Under the pieces are notes generated by a model. That model searched no databases. It worked only from the letters and a program-made list of their open reading frames with translations, and had not been told where the DNA came from. A stretch of 64,000 bases of DNA from an uncultured delta proteobacterium (GTDB lineage Bacteria > Myxococcota > UBA727 > VGSZ01). Positions 58,581-64,000 of this stretch are shown here, piece after piece. Where the stretch lies: contig CAVZJB010000011.1 of NCBI GenBank assembly GCA_963775425.1, forward strand, positions 320,001-384,000, read 5' to 3'. Position 1 is the stretch's first letter, and every line of letters starts with the position of its first letter. The position numbers and the translations under genes were made by a program.

Positions 58581-61500
58581 ATGTTCCGCTCCGTGGGCGT
58601 GAAGGCGGCGTTCCTCTTCGGGAGCGGCTTTTGCGCGCTCGTGTACCAGACGATGTGGTTGCGCGCGCTGCGCACGGTGTTCGGGGCGTCCACGCCGGCG
58701 AACGCGGCGGTGCTGTCGGTGCTCCTGGGCGCCTTCGCCGTCGGCAGCGCCGTCTTCGCGCGCCGCGCGGAGCGAACGTCGCAGCCGCTCAGGCTCTATG
58801 CCCGCCTCGAGATGGGCGTCGCGGCCTCCGCCGCGCTCTCCCCGTTCCTCGTCGATGGCGTGCGCGCCGTGTATCTGGCGCTCGGCGGCTCCACCACGCT
58901 CGGCGCCGGCGCCACCGCCGCGCGGCTCGTGCTCTCCGTCTTCGCCCTCGGCGTGCCCGCCGCGCTCATGGGCGGGACGTTCCCGGCCATGGCCCGCGCC
59001 GCCGGCGACGCCGCGCGGGAGACGCGCAAGCCGCTCGCGCTCTTTTTCGGCGCGAGCACGCTCGGGGCCGTCGTGGGCGCGGCCGCATCGACCTTCGCGC
59101 TCCTCGAGATCTATGGCGTGCGCCGCTCGATCTGGATCGCGTGCGCCGCCAACGCGCTCGTCGCCGTCGTCGCGCGCAACCGCGCCAGATCGTCACGGCC
59201 CGTCGCCGCGATGCCGCGCCCCGAGGGAGGCGCCCCGCGGGCGCGGCGGCTCTTCGTCCTCGTGGCGGCGTTCCTCACGGGCCTCTCGTTCCTCCTGCTC
59301 GAGCTCGTCTGGTACCGCTTGAGCGCGCCGCTCCTTGGCGGCTCCGCGTACACCTACGGCATCGTCGTCCTGCTCGCGCTCTTCGGTGTCGGCGCCGGCG
59401 GCCTCGCCTTCGCGTTCTTCGGTCCGCGCCGGCCGACGCCCGCGGGCTTCGCCGTCACCTGCGCGCTCGAGGCCGCGCTGGCCCTCGTCCCCTACGCGCT
59501 CGGCGACGACCTCGCGCGGCTCGCGTACTTCTTGCGTGCGCTCGCGAGCCCGGCGCTGTCCTCCATGGTCGCCGGCCAGGCCGTGCTCGCCGCCATCCTC
59601 GTGGTGCCGCCGGCCCTCGTCGCAGGGTGGCAGTTCCCGTCGCTGCTCTCCCTCGCGGGGGACGGCATCGAGGGCGCCGCCGTCGACAGCGGCGACGTCT
59701 ACGCCAGCAACACCGCCGGCTCGCTCCTCGGCGCCCTCGCCGGCGGGCTCGGGCTGTTGCCGCTCCTGTCGGCGCCCGGCGCGTGGAAGCTCGCGGCGCT
59801 CCTCCTCGTCGGCGCCGGTCTGTTCGCGGCCACGCGCCCGCGCGTTTCGTCGCCCGCTGAGCGCGCGCGCGTGGTCGCGTTCGCCGCGTTGGCGCTGGTG
59901 ACGACGTCGTTGGCGTTCGCGACCGGGCCCACCGCGCTGTGGCGGCAGTCCGGTGTCGGCGCCGGCCGCGCGCACCTGTGGGCCGAGACGTGGAACGACC
60001 TGCACGCGCTCACGTACGACGCGCGCCGCTTGACCGACCAGCGGGAAGGCCTGGAAGCAGGGCTCGGCTTTCGCACCATGGCCACGCACGGCGAGGCGCT
60101 CCTCGTGAACGGCGCGTCCGACGGCGCCACGTTCGGCGACGAGGGCACGCACGTGGGCCTCGGCCTGGTGCCCGCGCTCATCCATGGCGCGCCCAAGCGC
60201 GCCCTCGTCCTGGGGCTCGGCACGGGGCAGACGGCGGGGTGGTTGGCGGCCGTGCCGACCATGGAGCGCGTCGACGTCGCCGAGGTCGAGCCCGCGCTGC
60301 TCGACTTCGCCGCGCGCACCGCGCTCACCAACAAGGACGTGATGCACGACCGCAAGGTGAACATCGTGGTCGCCGATGGCCGCGAGGCGTTGGCGACGTC
60401 GAAGGGCGGCTACGACCTCATCGTGAGCGCGCCCTCGAGCGCGCCCCGCGCAGGCCTCGCCGGATTGTCCGCGCTCGAGCTCTACCAGACGGCGCGCGGA
60501 AAGCTCGCGCCGGGGGGCATCTTCGCGCAGTGGATGCCGGCGGATGCGGTCGACCTGGCCACGATGGAGACGGTGCTGGCGACGTTGTCGGCGGTGTTTC
60601 CCGACGTCACCATCTTCCGCCTCGGGCCCGGCGACGTCTTGTTGCTCGGCCGCACCTCCAAGGCGCCCCTCGACGTGCCGCGCCTGCGCGTGACGCTCGC
60701 GCGCGAGCCGTATCGTTTCTTCGTCGAGCACATGTTGTGGCAGACCGACGTCGAGGGCCTGCTGTCGCGCGTCTGCGGCAACGACGCGTTCGTGCACCGC
60801 CTCGCGGCGCGCGCGGGGGGCATGAGCACCGACAATCGGCCCGCGCTCGACAACGGCGTCCGCCGGAGCCTCGCCGACGCGTTCGACGAGATGCGCACGC
60901 AGAGCCGCCTGCTCGGCGAGGACCTGCCCGCGCTCAGCGAGCCCGTGGACCGCGCCGCCGTCGACCGGCAGGCGGGGCGCGTCTACACCGCGGAGGGCTC
61001 GCCGGCGCCGCAGGGCGTGGGCGATCCCGTCGAGCGCGCGTGGGCCGCCAGGCAATACGCGAGGGCGGCGGCGCTCGCCGCGACGCGGCCGGCACACGAC
61101 AGCGTCGGCGCGCTCATCCGCGCCCACGCCGGCGCCGTCGGCGGGGGCCGCCCCGCGGCCGGCGACCTCGACGCGCTCGTCGCCGCCGGCTTCGCCACCG
61201 ACGTCGCCTTCATCCGCGTCGACGCCGCCGTCACCGACGGCGACGGCGCGCACCTGCCCGCGCTCGTCGACGCGGCGGTGGCGGCGCTCGCGCGCGATCC
61301 GTGGGTGAACCAGGTGATCCTCGCGAGCGTCCTCGAACGGGTGCCGCGCGCGGCCATGTCACCGGAGCAAGCCCTCGCCGTGGCGCGGTCCCTCTCGACG
61401 CCGCTGCCCGGCAAGGCCGCCTTCGTCGCCCGCGTGACGTGCGTCCACGAGCTGCTCATGCGTGCGCCCGCGTCGATGCCCGGCTGGTGCGCCGGCGTCT

Positions 61501-61664
61501 ACGGCTCCATCGAGCCGGACCCGCTGTGGACGGAGTCGTGGCTGCGAGGCCGCGCCGCCTGCTACAGCACCCACGACGCCGCGCGCGTCGGTGGCGCGCG
61601 CGCCGACCTCGCCGCGTTCCTCGCGCACCAGGCGCCGACGCTGAAAGACGCCCTGGCACCTTGA
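58581..61664 (+). CDS. Fused membrane (MFS-like)/spermidine synthase-like protein
   Basis: SGFCALVYQ..W, MGGTFP and YASNTAGS transmembrane region; LVLGLGTGQT, EVEP, DGRE, YDLI and GIFAQW motifs. Confidence 0.88.
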   Translation: MFRSVGVKAAFLFGSGFCALVYQTMWLRALRTVFGASTPANAAVLSVLLGAFAVGSAVFARRAERTSQPLRLYARLEMGVAASAALSPFLVDGVRAVYLALGGSTTLGAGATAARLVLSVFALGVPAALMGGTFPAMARAAGDAARETRKPLALFFGASTLGAVVGAAASTFALLEIYGVRRSIWIACAANALVAVVARNRARSSRPVAAMPRPEGGAPRARRLFVLVAAFLTGLSFLLLELVWYRLSAPLLGGSAYTYGIVVLLALFGVGAGGLAFAFFGPRRPTPAGFAVTCALEAALALVPYALGDDLARLAYFLRALASPALSSMVAGQAVLAAILVVPPALVAGWQFPSLLSLAGDGIEGAAVDSGDVYASNTAGSLLGALAGGLGLLPLLSAPGAWKLAALLLVGAGLFAATRPRVSSPAERARVVAFAALALVTTSLAFATGPTALWRQSGVGAGRAHLWAETWNDLHALTYDARRLTDQREGLEAGLGFRTMATHGEALLVNGASDGATFGDEGTHVGLGLVPALIHGAPKRALVLGLGTGQTAGWLAAVPTMERVDVAEVEPALLDFAARTALTNKDVMHDRKVNIVVADGREALATSKGGYDLIVSAPSSAPRAGLAGLSALELYQTARGKLAPGGIFAQWMPADAVDLATMETVLATLSAVFPDVTIFRLGPGDVLLLGRTSKAPLDVPRLRVTLAREPYRFFVEHMLWQTDVEGLLSRVCGNDAFVHRLAARAGGMSTDNRPALDNGVRRSLADAFDEMRTQSRLLGEDLPALSEPVDRAAVDRQAGRVYTAEGSPAPQGVGDPVERAWAARQYARAAALAATRPAHDSVGALIRAHAGAVGGGRPAAGDLDALVAAGFATDVAFIRVDAAVTDGDGAHLPALVDAAVAALARDPWVNQVILASVLERVPRAAMSPEQALAVARSLSTPLPGKAAFVARVTCVHELLMRAPASMPGWCAGVYGSIEPDPLWTESWLRGRAACYSTHDAARVGGARADLAAFLAHQAPTLKDALAP

Positions 61665-61703
61665 CCCGGCGGCGGGCGCGCCGCCGCGACGCACGCGGCC
61701 CGC

Positions 61704-62978
61704 TCAGCGCGGGGCGGCGGCGAACGCGAGCGACATCCGGCGGCACATGAAGCGCGGGTCGTCGACGTCGAGGGCGCTGACGGCGGCGACGAGCCGGGCG
61801 CCGGCGCGGGCGCAGTCGGCGACGCGCCCCGGTGTCGTCACGCCACCGATGGCGACGACGGGGAGCGGTGCGAGCTTCGTTCGCCGCGCCAGCGCTTCGA
61901 GGCCGACCACGGGCGCGTGCCCCGACTTGGTCGGGGACGCGAACACCGGCCCGACCGCGACGAGGTCGGCGCCGCCGTCGGCGCACGCGTCGAGCAGCTC
62001 GGGCTCGGTGTGGCTCGAGGCGCCGACGAGCGCGTCCGCGCCGACGATGCGGCGGGCGAGCTTGGGCGGCATATCGGTCTGGCCGACGTGCACGCCGTCG
62101 GCGTCGGCGGCGACGCACAGATCGGGGCGATCGTTCACGATGACGGGGACGCCGTACGGCCGGCACCGCGCCAGGAGCGGCTCGAGCAACGCGAGCACGT
62201 CGCGGTCGGCGAAGCCCTTGGCGCGCAACTGCACCATCGCCACGCCCCCCTCGACGAGGGCCGCCGCGCGCCGCTCGAGCTCGTCGAGGAGGGCTTGCGC
62301 CTCGACGCGATGCACGGGGCTCGACAACAACGGCACGGCGCCGTGCGCCGTCGACGACGGCTCCGCGTGCGGCGCCACCACGGCGTACAGGCCCGCCGGC
62401 ACGCGAGCGGCGGGCGGCGCGAGCGACGCGGGGAGCGGCTTCTTCTGCGCGCGGCACGCGGCGCGCATCCCGTCGTCGAGCGCCTGGACCAGGCCGGGCG
62501 TCGACGCGCCGCGCGCGAGAGGGACCACGTGCGCGAGCGTCTCTTCGACGTACGCGTCGAGCTTGTCGCGGCTCGGCGCGAGGTGGAGCTCGCCGAGGTT
62601 GTGCAGGCGATCGCACACCTTCACCAGGCGCAGCGCGTCGTCGGCGCCGTCGGCGAGGCGCGCGTAGTACGCCGCGGTGGCCTCGGGCCCCTTGCCGGTC
62701 TTGGTCAACAGCTCCACGCGCCGCGTGACCTCGGCGCCGAACCGCGCGCGCAGCTCGGCCGCGTCGATGCCGACCTCGTTGTCCTCGAGGACGTCGTGCA
62801 AGAGCGCCGCCGCCCGTGTGACGTCGTCGACGGCGATGCCGCACGCGGGCCCGACGTCGTCGATGAGCGTGCGCACGGCCTCGGGGTGGCGGATGTACGG
62901 CGCCCCGTGTCGTCGCGTCTGGCCGTGGTGCGCTTCGTACGCGATGGCGCGCGCTCGCTCGAGAGGGATGGCCTCCAT
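61704..62978 (-). CDS. thiE: RelA/SpoT-type HD hydrolase (Mesh1/SAH-like) fused to thiamine-phosphate synthase
   Basis: N-half AH.GQ.R..G.PYI.HP, AALLHDVLED, LLTK, VKVCDRLHNL; C-half VQLRAK, IVNDR, GVHVGQTD, GASSH, GPVF.SPTK, VAIGG. Confidence 0.9.
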   Translation of the reverse strand: MEAIPLERARAIAYEAHHGQTRRHGAPYIRHPEAVRTLIDDVGPACGIAVDDVTRAAALLHDVLEDNEVGIDAAELRARFGAEVTRRVELLTKTGKGPEATAAYYARLADGADDALRLVKVCDRLHNLGELHLAPSRDKLDAYVEETLAHVVPLARGASTPGLVQALDDGMRAACRAQKKPLPASLAPPAARVPAGLYAVVAPHAEPSSTAHGAVPLLSSPVHRVEAQALLDELERRAAALVEGGVAMVQLRAKGFADRDVLALLEPLLARCRPYGVPVIVNDRPDLCVAADADGVHVGQTDMPPKLARRIVGADALVGASSHTEPELLDACADGGADLVAVGPVFASPTKSGHAPVVGLEALARRTKLAPLPVVAIGGVTTPGRVADCARAGARLVAAVSALDVDDPRFMCRRMSLAFAAAPR

Positions 62979-62981
62979 GTG

Positions 62982-63728
62982 TCAGCCGCCGCCGATGAGT
63001 CGGCGCGCGTTGCGCTCGTGCGCGGCGCGGAACGCTTCGAGCGCGCGGATGTCCCGGAACCCGTCGACGCCGAGGGTGCGCCAACCGAAGAAGTCCGCGG
63101 GGTCCTGGAAGGAGACGCCGAGGTTCTGCGCGAAGAGGCGGTCGGCGTCGGAGTGGTCGTCGCCGCGCTCGCCGTCGGGCTCGATCTCCCTCCTGGTGTA
63201 CGCGGAGTCGCCCACCATGAACGAGTGCTTCTTGTCGATGACCGCGTGGTCGCCGAAGGTCTCCTTGAGGAAGGTCTCCAGAGACAGCGCCATCCCCACC
63301 GCGGGCTTTCGGTGAGAGTCCTTCCTCTCGGCGAAGTCGACCCAATGGACGTCGCCGCCGCCCTTGCGGATGAGCTCCACGGTCTCTTCGAGCGCGGCGT
63401 CGGCGTCCTCGAGGGAGATCCTGCCGGCGGAGACGCCGGCCTGGTTGGAGACGATGGCGATGAGGTAGCCCTCGCGGCTCAGGCGCCCGAGGGTGCGCGC
63501 GACGTTCGGCAGGAGCGCGACGTCGCCGGGGCCGTCGGCGGTGGCGCCGCCCGAGAGCGCGACGCGCAGCGTGGCGTCGGCGTCGAAGAAGGCGACCTTC
63601 ACGGGCCCCTTCCCGGGCGCCAGGTAGGTGGCGGCGAGCCTGCGACGGGCGAGGCCGTCGACGGCGCCCGCGGACGGGCGGGTCGGGACGTCGGCGACGA
63701 CGTGGGGTGCCAGGCGATCGATGCGCAT
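62982..63728 (-). CDS. HAD subfamily IIIA phosphatase, polynucleotide 3'-phosphatase (PNK3P)-like
   Basis: FFDADATL, IVSNQAG, RKP..GM, SFMVGD and DHSDADRLFAQNLGVSF..P..FF motifs. Confidence 0.85.
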   Translation of the reverse strand: MRIDRLAPHVVADVPTRPSAGAVDGLARRRLAATYLAPGKGPVKVAFFDADATLRVALSGGATADGPGDVALLPNVARTLGRLSREGYLIAIVSNQAGVSAGRISLEDADAALEETVELIRKGGGDVHWVDFAERKDSHRKPAVGMALSLETFLKETFGDHAVIDKKHSFMVGDSAYTRREIEPDGERGDDHSDADRLFAQNLGVSFQDPADFFGWRTLGVDGFRDIRALEAFRAAHERNARRLIGGG

Positions 63729-63833
63729 GCGAGGTCTCCGCACAGGACGATAGCCCATCCCCGCGGGCCGCCGGCGCTCACCGGGCGCAGGCGAGGTTTG
63801 GCACCGCCCCACGTCGTGGCTAAGGTCCCGCCC

Positions 63834-64000
63834 GTGGACCGCCGGCCGCTCCTGGTGTCGCTCATCGCCCCCGCCGTCAGCGTCGTCGTCGCCGTCGTCG
63901 TCGCCGTCGTCGCCGTCGGTGTCGCCGGCGGCTGCACGAGCGCGCGCTCGACGCCGGCGGCATCGACGCCCCCGGCCGTCGGGACGGCGCCCCCGCAGGC
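63834..64000 (+). CDS. Probable lipoprotein, 3'-truncated by window edge
   Basis: GTG then DRRPLLVSLIAPAVSVVVAVVVAVVAVGVAGGC (hydrophobic stretch plus lipobox); frame open to the end. Confidence 0.5.
   Translation, partial: MDRRPLLVSLIAPAVSVVVAVVVAVVAVGVAGGCTSARSTPAASTPPAVGTAPPQ

Overview
Very GC-rich, densely coding bacterial DNA with a myxobacterial-type (Myxococcota-like) gene inventory. The assignment is inferred from an AglZ/FrzS-like coiled-coil protein, four eukaryote-like Ser/Thr kinase genes, PilT and many Cys-rich lipoproteins. The window opens in a group 3b-type [NiFe]-hydrogenase operon, then continues through signalling, motility, envelope and housekeeping genes. I saw no rRNA, tRNA, CRISPR array or transposase. 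The best candidate for an undescribed system is a tightly coupled seven-gene minus-strand operon (about 31.6-37.9 kb): PATAN/DUF4388-TPR, ParA/MinD ATPase, two Roadblock/LC7 proteins, a tandem V4R protein, a small protein and a Ser/Thr kinase. It converges on a kinase carrying a PqqD/RRE domain. The second candidate is a Mesh1-like HD hydrolase fused to thiamine-phosphate synthase, co-oriented with a PNKP-like 3'-phosphatase. Other oddities are a HypA lacking its zinc finger, an SDR with the catalytic motif deleted, two pseudokinases, a PilT with a duplicated N-domain, and a 29-bp palindromic tandem array copied from a gene's stop-codon region. All domain calls come from recognising motifs by eye; no database searches were run, and several start codons are best guesses.
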